From a virus (taxonomy: Duplodnaviria > Heunggongvirae > Uroviricota > Caudoviricetes), in the IMG/VR virus record IMGVR_UViG_2909288124_000003, positions 1 through 52,915 of that record: 52,915 bases of DNA; one strand, 5' to 3'. Made by a program: the position numbers and the translations under genes. The notes under the pieces were generated by a model. The model searched no databases. It was given only the letters and a program-made list of their open reading frames with translations, and was not told the DNA's origin. This document shows, piece after piece, positions 19,688-28,901 of this stretch; positions within the stretch are counted from its first letter, which is position 1; each line of letters opens with the position of its first letter.

Positions 19688-21790
19688 TCACACCCAACCT
19701 CCTGACGAAGACCACGGATTAGCCTGCTCGGTTACGGGCTTCTCACGTTTTGGTTTTGGTTTAGATTTCGGCGCAGGCGGCGGGGATGGCATTTCGCCAG
19801 CTTCCGTCTGCGTGTCCTCGATCCACGTTTCCCGCCGTGCCCACTCAGGAGCTGACGGCCATTTGATTTTTTCGTAACCACTAAGGATGGCGAGCGCGTC
19901 GGCATAAACGAGCAGGTCAAATGCTTCGTTTGCGCCCCGGCCGGGCTTACTCCATTTCCCTTCATTCGAGCGTTCCTCATACGTCAGTTCGTCATAGAAC
20001 CAGCTGCCCAGCCAGGCGGGGAAATGCACATAGCCAGGGCCGGGTGAATCACGCCACAGCGCATTATTCACCCGGTCTTTAAGGGCATCGGTCTGGAGAA
20101 GATAAAGAGGCACATCACCAGTCGCCTGTGCGCGGCGCGTTGATCTGCCCGTGTTGTCGGGAAACGTTCGCTGGATAAGTTTGCTGCGCCTGACGCTGTC
20201 CCCTTTGAAGAGATAGATACGCTTACCCAGCCCCTCACGGCGACATCTGCGCCAGAACTTGTAGGCATTATCCGTCACGCCATCTTCGCCCCCTGAGTCC
20301 ACGGCCATCGACATCAGCCGCATGCCCTTTGATGGGTCAGCTGCGAGCGGCCACGTTTTATCAAAGACGTCAGTGAGTAAAAGATCCCAGTCCTCCGGAT
20401 AGCTCGCCGGATCCACCTGAATGCTTTCACCGTTGCCGTCGCAGCGCAGCGAATGCCGGATGTTGTAACGGTCAACTATCCAGCGCTCACCCATACTTCC
20501 ATAACCCGTAATCTGCACAACAAAGCGCCGGTTGCGCCCGGCCTGCACGTCCACGGTCGCAGTGAGAAACTGCACGCCGTTCGGTACCGAACGTTTTGGG
20601 ACGTCTTCGGCACGCTGCTCGAGCAATTCACTTTTACGCTGCTCCATGCTGGCTCGCGGCAAATAGGGCCTGCCGAAATCGGTGTTGATCACCGTCTTCA
20701 GGGTTTCTTCGCTGCGCGTGGATTCATATTCCTGCTCGGCGGTCAGAAACTTATAAATAAGCTGCGCCCAGGTCTGGTAAGCAGCTGCCGGACCTTCCAT
20801 CCAGAAGGAGGCAATACGGGAACGACGGCCATCACCGCTAACCAGGCCTTTCCTGTCGATGGTTTGCCCGTCCCGGAGCCAGACACATTTCATGTTAAGC
20901 GCACGCTTCATGTCCGGTGTGATCCTGCCTTTACAGGCAGGGCACTGAAGAAACGCCGCTTCGCTGGCAAGCACAGGATCGCTGCTGTCGCGGTATCCGG
21001 TCATATTGTCCATTTCCGGCTGGAAATATTCGCCGCAATGCGGGCATGGCCAGTAAAGACGACGGCGGTCACCACGGTTATAGAGCGATAAAATTCCGGT
21101 GGTCGGAGGGGCTTCATGGGGCGTGGAGCGCCGCCATTTTGTGTCTCTGATATCCCTCCCGGGCGAGCTCTCAACCAGCGTCATCCCGGAGGACATGAAT
21201 GTCGTGGTTCGTTTCGATGCCAGTGAAAAAGCATCCCCCTCCCCGTCGATATCTTCCGGAAAGCGGTCATAATCCGTCAGCGCCACACTTTTATAGTCCG
21301 AGGACGACATGATATTGACGGATGGCCAGCCCAGCTTCAGATAGTTACCGGCGCGGAATGTACGGTCGTAGACGTTGTTATCGTTACGTCTTGGGCTTAG
21401 CCGGGTTTTAACTTCAGGGCTACAGCGAAAAGTACGGTCCAGGCGTTTTTTGGAATGCTCGCGCGCTTTTTCCTCAGATACCTGAATTACAAGCATATCT
21501 GCCGGATCGCAGACAATGTTATAAACGATCCAGCCGTCAATCAGCCCGATGGTTTTACCCGTTCGCGCTGGGCCCACAAACACAACCGCATCGTATTCAC
21601 GCGATGCCAGACAGTTCATCGGCTCAATCACATAGGGTGCCAGATCCGGATCCCACGGAACTGAGTTTCCCGCCCCCATTGGCACGCGCATATAAGTACT
21701 GACCGCATCGGCCACCGGCATACGACGCGGGGCTCGTAAAATACCGGAAACATCGCGGCGGATGTCCCTGGCGGATGCCCGCTTTGCCAT
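19688..21790 (-). CDS. Terminase large subunit (lambda gpA-like)
   Basis: 700 aa with a Walker A-like GPARTGKT motif and C-terminal nuclease region. Confidence 0.85.
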   Translation of the reverse strand: MAKRASARDIRRDVSGILRAPRRMPVADAVSTYMRVPMGAGNSVPWDPDLAPYVIEPMNCLASREYDAVVFVGPARTGKTIGLIDGWIVYNIVCDPADMLVIQVSEEKAREHSKKRLDRTFRCSPEVKTRLSPRRNDNNVYDRTFRAGNYLKLGWPSVNIMSSSDYKSVALTDYDRFPEDIDGEGDAFSLASKRTTTFMSSGMTLVESSPGRDIRDTKWRRSTPHEAPPTTGILSLYNRGDRRRLYWPCPHCGEYFQPEMDNMTGYRDSSDPVLASEAAFLQCPACKGRITPDMKRALNMKCVWLRDGQTIDRKGLVSGDGRRSRIASFWMEGPAAAYQTWAQLIYKFLTAEQEYESTRSEETLKTVINTDFGRPYLPRASMEQRKSELLEQRAEDVPKRSVPNGVQFLTATVDVQAGRNRRFVVQITGYGSMGERWIVDRYNIRHSLRCDGNGESIQVDPASYPEDWDLLLTDVFDKTWPLAADPSKGMRLMSMAVDSGGEDGVTDNAYKFWRRCRREGLGKRIYLFKGDSVRRSKLIQRTFPDNTGRSTRRAQATGDVPLYLLQTDALKDRVNNALWRDSPGPGYVHFPAWLGSWFYDELTYEERSNEGKWSKPGRGANEAFDLLVYADALAILSGYEKIKWPSAPEWARRETWIEDTQTEAGEMPSPPPAPKSKPKPKREKPVTEQANPWSSSGGWV

Positions 21791-22290
21791 CAGTCCTCCT
21801 CAGGCTGCTCCTCCTCTTTTCCAGCGTCCTGCACCTTCTCCGCCATCTGGTCGCGCAGATCATCGATAACACTTTGCACACGAACTACCGCAGCAGGCGT
21901 TAAAGCACAGTCGCGCTCGAGCACATCCGGGAGGGTTTCAAGTACCATGACGACGGCTTTCGCCATCAATGAGAATTCTCGCGCCACTTCATCTGCGGGT
22001 ATTAACTGCCCCGTATCCTGTTCGAACTTCAGCCTCTCGTTCTCTGCTTTCCAGTGGGACAGCCTGTCAGAAGGGGGCATATCGTCGATGTTGGCCGAAA
22101 CGGTAGGGATCATCAGTTCGGTCAGAATGTCGGTCACCAGATAGAGCTTTAACTTGCTATTGCTGCCTGGAGCAGGTTCAACATTTTTCAGTCTCGCGGC
22201 AACCGTCTGACGGTGTACGCCGGTTATCCCTGCCAGCTGGTTGATATTGAGTTTTAAAGTGGCAATTTCCTGGTCCATGATGGTGAACAC
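21790..22290 (-). CDS. Terminase small subunit (Nu1-like)
   Basis: 166 aa with N-terminal HTH (LAGITGVHRQTV) and acidic C-terminus, immediately upstream of the large subunit. Confidence 0.7.
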   Translation of the reverse strand: MFTIMDQEIATLKLNINQLAGITGVHRQTVAARLKNVEPAPGSNSKLKLYLVTDILTELMIPTVSANIDDMPPSDRLSHWKAENERLKFEQDTGQLIPADEVAREFSLMAKAVVMVLETLPDVLERDCALTPAAVVRVQSVIDDLRDQMAEKVQDAGKEEEQPEED

Positions 22291-22387
22291 TTTTTGAACG
22301 ATTCGACATGTTGCGAAAATGGCCTCTAATTAAATCAAAGACCTGCGCACATGATGATGATGACCCTGGATCCGAAAAACTAGCCGT

Positions 22388-22412
22388 TTCCCGCGAGCGC
22401 GCCGCCCCGTGG
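22388..22412 (-). other. cos-like site (cosN candidate)
   Basis: Minus strand GGGGCGGCGCGCTCGCGGG resembles the lambda cohesive end GGGCGGCGACCTCGCGGG, about 100 bp upstream of the small terminase gene. Confidence 0.45.
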
Positions 22413-22558
22413 TAGGCAACCCCGCCGGGAGGACCCATAAGAAAACACAGGTCCGACCGCCGTTTTGAATTCTCTTCTAAACGACTCTAGTTTGATTTGA
22501 GTATGCAATACGCGTAAAAAAGCCCCGCATAGGCGAGGCTGGAATCAGACAGGGGGGA

Positions 22559-23461
22559 TTAAGACTGGATATTCCAAATCATTGCGTTACCGTTATGATT
22601 TTCAATGATTTTTGCCAGTGGTGCTCCACCAAAAGAATGCATGTAGCTGTGATGTATAGTCAAAACCAAATCTTGAAGTACTTGATCACTTTCAAGTTCG
22701 GTAACATTCAACCCAATTTTCTGCGCCTTATCAAAATGAATATGACGCGAGTGGGTATAGGTTGTGTGATGGTTGTTTAACTCTGAACAAACATGTGTTG
22801 CTTTTGATTCTGCCTCAGGATCATTATCAAACATGCCTGTCATAAGCCAATGCTTAACAATCTCATTTGCCCATTTGATTGCTTTCTCACACTCGCCGAT
22901 GATCGTCGGGTTTAGCTTTTGAAGAATGAACTGCCACATCTGAACAGCTGCGGGATTTTGAAAAATTTCCGTCTGCGCACGATTCCATTCTTCAATGATG
23001 GCATGGGTGGAGAAACCGTTGAACTGAGGATCAATTGGGCCAATGTTGGACTGTTTACCCATGATGATTTCATTGGCACAACATGCAAGCATAGTTCCGC
23101 AGGACATTGAAATCATAGGAACAATTGCTCTGATGTTAGTTCCAAACTTCGACCTTAAGTAATGCCCGATTGATTCCAAAGCGGCAATATCACCACCTGG
23201 AGTATGAAGTATCAAATCCAACCCTTTTGATACATCTAAACCATTGATGGCTGTCATCAACCCGTTCTTATCATCATCAGTCATCTGAGTAAGATGGCGT
23301 ACTTCTGCACCACCATGCTGTAACCACCCTGAGTAATATGTGATTACATTTCTTCCAGTATGATTCGAAAGTTGAGATAAGTATTTACGGCGAACCTCAT
23401 CCATAGGACTTTTATGGGCGAGAGCCGTTATCTCGCCCAGTACGTCGCTCCAATTAGGCAT
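22559..23461 (-). CDS. Clp-fold serine protease-like protein (SDH/SppA-like), moron
   Basis: 300 aa with LILHTPGGDIAALESIG and MISMSCGTMLACCA motifs. AT-rich and set between Rz and cos (the lambda bor position). Confidence 0.45.
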   Translation of the reverse strand: MPNWSDVLGEITALAHKSPMDEVRRKYLSQLSNHTGRNVITYYSGWLQHGGAEVRHLTQMTDDDKNGLMTAINGLDVSKGLDLILHTPGGDIAALESIGHYLRSKFGTNIRAIVPMISMSCGTMLACCANEIIMGKQSNIGPIDPQFNGFSTHAIIEEWNRAQTEIFQNPAAVQMWQFILQKLNPTIIGECEKAIKWANEIVKHWLMTGMFDNDPEAESKATHVCSELNNHHTTYTHSRHIHFDKAQKIGLNVTELESDQVLQDLVLTIHHSYMHSFGGAPLAKIIENHNGNAMIWNIQS

Positions 23462-23464
23462 AAA

Positions 23465-23665
23465 TCAGTACGTGTAAAGTTGATGACTTGTAGTTTGGTT
23501 TTGCTTCGATTGTGTAGCGGTACCTTGTGAGTACCAAACACCTGTGTTTCCACTCGTACTAGTTTGCTGTGCCATTACACGAGAAGCGAAGTTGTTAACA
23601 GTTTCACCAGTCAACATTTCTGCCGGTTTGATATTGTAAACATCGTAGAACTCAGCTGGGGTCAT
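23465..23665 (-). CDS. Small hypothetical protein co-transcribed with the protease-like gene
   Basis: 66-aa ORF with RBS AGGAG, ending 3 nt before the downstream ATG. Q/T/S-rich C-terminus. Confidence 0.4.
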   Translation of the reverse strand: MTPAEFYDVYNIKPAEMLTGETVNNFASRVMAQQTSTSGNTGVWYSQGTATQSKQNQTTSHQLYTY

Positions 23666-23754
23666 AATGATAGCTCCTTTTATAGCGCTACATATAGTGC
23701 CTGTGCCAAGGGGGACATACTATATGTGCCATTGTTGTCATATTTAAATGTGCA

Positions 23755-23776
23755 AAAAGCCTCAAAAGAGGCTTGA
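23755..23776 (-). terminator. Rho-independent terminator after the Rz/Rz1 lysis cassette (bidirectional hairpin)
   Basis: AGCCTC-TTTT-GAGGCT hairpin followed by TTTTT on the minus strand. Confidence 0.45.
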
Positions 23777-24035
23777 AAAAGATGCAAAAATACTATCTAT
23801 GACGTGACTATAGCTACTTACCCACAGTTTATACAAGCCAAAAATGCTAAATTCAGATAATCCTATTCGCTGAAAAACTACACAAAAGCTACGTTCATCT
23901 TGTCATTAGATAACGTCAGTAACTTTCACTGGATCTAAGCCATTGGTGAAAAAGCTAATTGCATGATGAAGCACTGTAATGTAGCAGTTGAGGTTGTTAA
24001 ATGAGAATCACCCTAACAATGTCAACGGACATTAT

Positions 24036-24572
24036 TCATTTTCGTAACTTCTCAATCTCTCGTATACCCGCCAGGTTATTGTTGCCCTTCTCAATAACAG
24101 CCAGCAAAGGTTCAATCCAGAGGACGGCCTGGCAATACGTCATTGAGCTGGCGGCAGCGGTACTATCATCGGTTGCGTTAGTGTTCCCGGTATCGGGGTG
24201 CATTGCGCTGGCACGTAAACGGTACGCGTATTTGAGCAGCCCACCAGCGACATCAGCAGGAACAGGCAGATCACAGGTCTTTTCACGTCGGAGAATCTCC
24301 CGGTATTCGATGACAGTTTTCTCAGTACCGGCATCGATCAGCGAGTTAAGGCGGTTGGCGTTCTCTGCTATCTGGTTAAACCGATTGAAGTTGAAAGCCT
24401 GTGTAGTTATCACCGTCGCCTGCAGCGCGTTATCATTACGTAATACCCGATTCTCACTCTGTTCTGTTTCAAGAGCTGAGCGGCTACGAACCAGTAATAC
24501 GCTAAGCACTGCAATAATGATTACGACAGCCACCAGCAGAACCGCAACAATCGTAATTTTTCTGGGTTTCAT
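24036..24572 (-). CDS. i-spanin Rz
   Basis: N-terminal transmembrane helix then coiled coil; contains an embedded out-of-frame lipoprotein ORF. Confidence 0.7.
   Translation of the reverse strand: MKPRKITIVAVLLVAVVIIIAVLSVLLVRSRSALETEQSENRVLRNDNALQATVITTQAFNFNRFNQIAENANRLNSLIDAGTEKTVIEYREILRREKTCDLPVPADVAGGLLKYAYRLRASAMHPDTGNTNATDDSTAAASSMTYCQAVLWIEPLLAVIEKGNNNLAGIREIEKLRK
24140..24334 (-). CDS. o-spanin Rz1 (embedded in Rz in an alternate frame)
   Basis: 64-aa ORF with lipobox LVGCS and a proline-rich mature part, wholly inside the Rz gene. Confidence 0.55.
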   Translation of the reverse strand: MPVLRKLSSNTGRFSDVKRPVICLFLLMSLVGCSNTRTVYVPAQCTPIPGTLTQPMIVPLPPAQ

Positions 24573-25144
24573 CAGAATACCCCCGGAACTGATACCGGAA
24601 TGCCAGGGTTAAGCGGCCCGAGTCCATCCCCCAGAACCTGAGGTTTCTCTGCCCACAGGCAAACTTCACGCTCAATCTCACGCCTCGTGATTAAACCCTT
24701 CCACTGTTTGTCACCAGCATAGATCCAGCGCCGCAGTTGTTCGCATGCGCCTTTCGAATCACCCTGGTTGATTTTTCGTAACAGTGTGGAGGTTTTGAAG
24801 TTTCCCGCGCCTACGTTATACGCAAATGAGTACAGCGCCCCTCTCATCGTTTCGGGGATCGGAGCATTGATATATGGGTTAATCTGTCGGGCGACAATAT
24901 TCAGGTCTTTATCCAGCAGCGCCTGGCACTCTGCTTTGGTGTAGGTCTTGCCGAGGATAATATCTTTACCAGTATGGCCCCAGCATACAGTCCACACTCC
25001 AACAACATCCCGATAAGGCTGATAGCGTACACCTTCAAGGCCATCATTACCCGTTGGGCCAGTAATCAACGCCGCAGCGATAGCAATAGCGCCAGCGGGT
25101 ATCGCTGCAATAACGCTATTCTTCAGCTTTGGTGGCATAGCCAT
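24572..25144 (-). CDS. SAR endolysin (phage 21 R-like lysozyme, GH24)
   Basis: Gly/Ala-rich N-terminal signal-anchor-release helix followed by a lysozyme region ([11 protein letters not shown]) resembling phage 21 R. Confidence 0.8.
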   Translation of the reverse strand: MAMPPKLKNSVIAAIPAGAIAIAAALITGPTGNDGLEGVRYQPYRDVVGVWTVCWGHTGKDIILGKTYTKAECQALLDKDLNIVARQINPYINAPIPETMRGALYSFAYNVGAGNFKTSTLLRKINQGDSKGACEQLRRWIYAGDKQWKGLITRREIEREVCLWAEKPQVLGDGLGPLNPGIPVSVPGVF

Positions 25145-25394
25145 TGCGCCGATCCTCCCGTTCTTTCCAGCGGAAATACCAGTTCACTGCACAGGTAATA
25201 ACAGTGCATGCGATACCGACAATAATTGCCCAGTCGCTCAGGCTTAACCCTGCAATTCTGTCGGCCAACATCCAGGACACCTCTTTTGCTGTTTTTGCTG
25301 TTTCGGCATATGCCTTCGCTGATACACCGCAGCCGGTCAGCGTGGTGCCTGTTCCATATGAAAGTCTGCTGTAAATGGTGCTCATTCTGGTCAT
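25116..25394 (-). CDS. Holin (pinholin S21-like)
   Basis: Small membrane protein with a C-terminus like S21 (YF(R/K)x(K/R)EDRR), overlapping the endolysin start. Confidence 0.6.
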   Translation of the reverse strand: MTRMSTIYSRLSYGTGTTLTGCGVSAKAYAETAKTAKEVSWMLADRIAGLSLSDWAIIVGIACTVITCAVNWYFRWKEREDRRNGYATKAEE

Positions 25395-25601
25395 AGCCTC
25401 ACCTCCGATTTTTCGGATGGCGCTGTGTGTGTGTTTGAAAAGGGTCAGGCTTCACGGGCTGGATTTATCAACAAAGCACGTAGCGGATGATTCCCGTGAG
25501 CCTGAAATTGATGAATATGTCTGAAATAACTAGACCATTAGTAAAACAACTCGATAAATGTGGTTAAATGAGACTACGTTCTCACAACTTAATTAGTACC
25601 A

Positions 25602-25772
25602 ATGATTATCAAGCCCTGCCCCTACTGCGGAAAGTTAATTAACCCAGAATCACTTGTGTGTAGCCACTGCCGGATAGTGAATCCTTTTGTGAAGGCCAGC
25701 AGAAGAGAAAAAGCGAAGAATGTATTAGTAATCGCTCTCGTTGCTGCTTTTTTAATTTGGATGATTCTCTGA
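25602..25772 (+). CDS. Small zinc-ribbon membrane protein (56 aa), not in the ORF track
   Basis: MIIKPCPYCGKLINPESLVCSHCRIV... followed by one hydrophobic helix; below the ORF-track size cut-off. Confidence 0.3.
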   Translation: MIIKPCPYCGKLINPESLVCSHCRIVNPFVKASRREKAKNVLVIALVAAFLIWMIL

Positions 25773-26210
25773 GTTGCCAGTTTTCAATGAAGATAATGCG
25801 GGCAAAAAAAGCCTGCTCGGACGAACAGGCATGAAAAATAACAATACCGTCAAGGAGGTGGCGCCGGGTGCCTCCCGGTGGAACAGCCCCAGCCGACTAG
25901 TTCCGCGCAAACAAACCTGGACAAAAAAGTTTGACTGGACGCCCCGCCGCATAGGGGGATTCACCACGAACCAAAAGATAAAATCATCCGGTGACCGGGG
26001 CAATATCTAACCGGAACTTTTCAGAATCACTTATTGTTTCCTGGAGAGTACATGAGCGTTGGTGAATTCACGTGATGCTTTTGGATGAGCGCTGAACCCA
26101 AAGGTCAGTATTTTCACACAGCAATTTTGCAAAAAGCAGCGCCCATTCAAAACCAGGTCGCTTTCCAGTCACTCCGGGGACCCCATCATCGCAGACCGAA
26201 AAGCTTAAAC

Positions 26211-26285
<75 letters not shown>

Positions 26286-26288
26286 ATA

Positions 26289-26364
<76 letters not shown>

Positions 26365-26366
26365 AG

Positions 26367-26440
26367 TGGTCCGCCACCGGAGCCTCGAACCCCGTACCAC
26401 AACACCTGGGTTGCCGCTCTTCCCGATGAGCTAGTGGCGG
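26367..26440 (-). tRNA. tRNA-like sequence with non-canonical anticodon arm (possible pseudo-tRNA or unusual tRNA)
   Basis: Canonical acceptor, D and T arms and CCA, but the anticodon stem pairs only with a 6-nt loop (CCAGGU) in my manual fold; 74 nt. Confidence 0.4.
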
Positions 26441-26442
26441 TC

Positions 26443-26519
26443 TGGTGGCCCTTGCTGGACTTGAACCAGCGACCGGGCGATTATGAGTCGCACGCTCTAA
26501 CCAACTGAGCTAAAGGGCC
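26443..26519 (-). tRNA. tRNA with CAU anticodon, tRNA-Ile2 (lysidine) type
   Basis: Anticodon loop CUCAUAA; sequence resembles E. coli ileX-type tRNA rather than initiator or elongator Met. Confidence 0.65.
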
Positions 26520-26644
26520 GGGAGCAAGAAGATACATAGGTAAAACTACCCTTGCAATAATATGGTTTTATGATGAAAAACAATCAGGGAAATGGTTAAA
26601 TATCAAGCGGCAGTGCTTTCAATCTAACCAGAGCAAGGGAAGAT

Positions 26645-27595
26645 ATGATTTTTATTAAAAACGGCAATAGCTTTGATCGCATTAATGACTGGACAGAAAT
26701 TCAAGCTCGGGAAAGCTATCATTCCAGGCTGGAACTGACCGATCAACAATTATCCGATGTTTTTGGTTATTATGATGACCTCCCGGAAGAAATCCCGTGT
26801 GGCAAGTCGAGCTGTCGAACAGGCCATAAAAAAGGGTTTCTTGTTCTTACTGAGGATGGTCTGGAGACGAACCTGGGTCACGTTTGCGGTACAAAAGTCT
26901 TCGGTATAGCATTTGAAAACCTAGCCACTGACCTCGAGAAAAAGGCAAATTTCCACAGATATCTAACAGCCCTCAAGGAAGCCAAGAAAAATATTTTTCT
27001 CCATTACCAAGCAAAAGCCAAAATCGAAGCCAGTGAACCATCATTAGAATGGGTCGCACATAAAATTTTAGATTTAAGAGATTCTAAAGTAGTTGGCCGA
27101 GCCGGGAGTCAAGCTTTGAAACGTATGGCTGCTTTAGGAGATGGAAAAGTTTTACTTCCCAGAAGGAAAACCAAGGAAGAAATGCAGTTGTCGAATGTTA
27201 TGTCTCAAAAACCTTCCGATAACGAAGATGAAAATGCTGAGGATAATGTAAAACCACAATTCATCGACGAAGTAATTGGCATTGTTCGTAATCCTGAATG
27301 CCTCCTCAACGATTATAACATAGCGCTAATCTTCGAAAGAGATATTCGCCTTGTGCTGGAAGAACTCAATAATTGCAATCCTGACGATATTCCTGAGAAG
27401 AAGGTCATGTCATTAGGATTAAAAGTTTCCAGGCTGAATGAAAGATTTCAATTCCTTCAGGATCGTTTTGAGAAAGCATGTATATATCTCACAAAGGAAA
27501 ACTTTAAACCTTTAAATCATCAACTACATTTGAAAAAATCAATTAGCAATAAAGATAAGGCCCTTTTCAGTTCTTTCGTTAACTCGCTGCCATAA
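26645..27595 (+). CDS. Hypothetical 316-aa protein, AT-rich cargo gene antisense to the late operon
   Basis: Clean ORF with RBS AGGGAAG, low GC relative to the phage backbone, no recognisable motifs, ends at a bidirectional terminator shared with the late leader. Confidence 0.5.
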   Translation: MIFIKNGNSFDRINDWTEIQARESYHSRLELTDQQLSDVFGYYDDLPEEIPCGKSSCRTGHKKGFLVLTEDGLETNLGHVCGTKVFGIAFENLATDLEKKANFHRYLTALKEAKKNIFLHYQAKAKIEASEPSLEWVAHKILDLRDSKVVGRAGSQALKRMAALGDGKVLLPRRKTKEEMQLSNVMSQKPSDNEDENAEDNVKPQFIDEVIGIVRNPECLLNDYNIALIFERDIRLVLEELNNCNPDDIPEKKVMSLGLKVSRLNERFQFLQDRFEKACIYLTKENFKPLNHQLHLKKSISNKDKALFSSFVNSLP

Positions 27596-27616
27596 AAAAG
27601 CCCCGCAAGGGGCTTA
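27596..27616. terminator. Bidirectional rho-independent terminator (late-leader tR' and terminator of the plus-strand cargo gene)
   Basis: AGCCCC-GCAA-GGGGCT hairpin flanked by an A-run on one side and a T-run on the other. Confidence 0.6.
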
Positions 27617-27703
27617 TTGTTGAAATCTTTCAGGCGTTACTCCGCATGATTAGAAGCATACACGACAACTTCGGACAAAATCAAGCCTTATGTCGTAATA
27701 ATG

Positions 27704-28540
27704 CTAAATTTCGTCACCTTCTTCGCCTAAACTGGTTGCAGATTGAAATTCTCTTGCGGCGTTTCCCTCCTCCTGCTGACAAATGCTTACCAGCGCCTCA
27801 AGAAACGGTTTCCAGTTGCGAGTCCATGTTCTGACGTGCAGATCCGGAACGCGCTTCAGTATCACTTTATAGGCTGCGGTAGACGGCACCGCAGAAAATC
27901 CATTTCCGCTGCAGCGCTCGCAGGTTTTAAACACCGGCGCGCCGCGCTCGCTTGTGGCCTTGCGGTCTAGAACCTCGCCTTTACCGCCGCAACGACAACG
28001 GGCGCTGATCGTTCCCTTGCCTTCGCAAGCATCACAGACCGCCGGTACAACCTCTGTTACCTCCATCCACTGCTCCCAGTCAGACGGTCGAACAGCACGA
28101 GAGCGGCAGGCCCAGTATGGAGCTTTACCCCATGGGTACGAAACCTTGCGGGTAATCTGTTCGCGGGTTGTTCGTCCGGTACCACTGCAGCTGTGACACG
28201 TCACGCTTGTAGCCGCCGAACGTGAATAATCAGCAAAGGCAAATTGTGCCAACATCTGCATGCACCATCCGAACTGCCCACCAGCTGCTTTGCGAACATT
28301 CTTCGGTGCGACATCCATCGCATATCGCGCCAGCGCCTGAACTGCGAGCTGTTCATCCGTTTTGCTGATTCCCGCTTTACCGAAGAACGCCGCCAGTCCG
28401 AAGCGCGCACGGCTGCTGGTGGTGCCAATTGCCGCCATTACATCTGTTCCTGTAAGGCGGTCCGGAGAGGTTCCTTTCACGTCGTCGCTGATGTGCATAC
28501 CCTGAGGGCTAAAGTGTTTTAGTGAAGCTTCAAGTTTCAT
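27704..28540 (-). CDS. Antitermination protein Q (lambda Q family, 278 aa with extra Cys-rich insert)
   Basis: Matches lambda Q blocks: FSP..., L(S/T)GTDVMAA, FAYADY(C/S)RSAAT, C..C.GTGR, P(A/S)(S/T)AAY. Confidence 0.75.
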   Translation of the reverse strand: MKLEASLKHFSPQGMHISDDVKGTSPDRLTGTDVMAAIGTTSSRARFGLAAFFGKAGISKTDEQLAVQALARYAMDVAPKNVRKAAGGQFGWCMQMLAQFAFADYSRSAATSVTCHSCSGTGRTTREQITRKVSYPWGKAPYWACRSRAVRPSDWEQWMEVTEVVPAVCDACEGKGTISARCRCGGKGEVLDRKATSERGAPVFKTCERCSGNGFSAVPSTAAYKVILKRVPDLHVRTWTRNWKPFLEALVSICQQEEGNAAREFQSATSLGEEGDEI

Positions 28541-28543
28541 ATC

Positions 28544-28894
28544 TCAAACCCTCGTTACGTTGCTGGCTTCCCACTCGAGATCAAACTCGCTTTGCGGCTT
28601 ACCGACCAGGTAGTTAAATGGTTTTTTCTCGCCTTCCAGGAACTGGTGAGAGCGAGAGTCGAAATTAGCTCCGATGTCACCGATCCACCCTTCGCCCTCT
28701 CGTTGCTTCAACAAGCGAATCATTGAGGCAGGAAGATTGATTGCGGCCTGTTCGTCTTTGTCGAGGCTCTCATAACCCATACGGTCCGCTTTTGTTTCTG
28801 CGATACTGGTACCGCGAGATTTACCCAGACCAAAGGCACCTGCAATTGCTGCCAGCGCGGCAACAATCAGGCCGATAATCATTTCAAGTCCCAT
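28544..28894 (-). CDS. Membrane-anchored protein at the end of the second lysis cassette (possible spanin or lysis accessory protein)
   Basis: Start trimmed to MGLEMIIGLIVAALAAIAGAFGL (one N-terminal TM helix) with a soluble C-terminal region. Confidence 0.35.
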   Translation of the reverse strand: MGLEMIIGLIVAALAAIAGAFGLGKSRGTSIAETKADRMGYESLDKDEQAAINLPASMIRLLKQREGEGWIGDIGANFDSRSHQFLEGEKKPFNYLVGKPQSEFDLEWEASNVTRV

Positions 28895-28901
28895 AGTGAC
28901 C

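Noticed and set aside
24001-24612. Plus-strand 203-aa ORF antisense to Rz/Rz1
   Set aside because: It overlaps a well-supported spanin pair; Ser/Arg-rich artefact composition.
26645-27595. Possibility that the Q-proximal cargo gene is a Shiga toxin
   Set aside because: It is a single 316-aa ORF on the opposite strand with no resemblance to StxA/StxB size or organisation, and no two-gene A/B pair is present.
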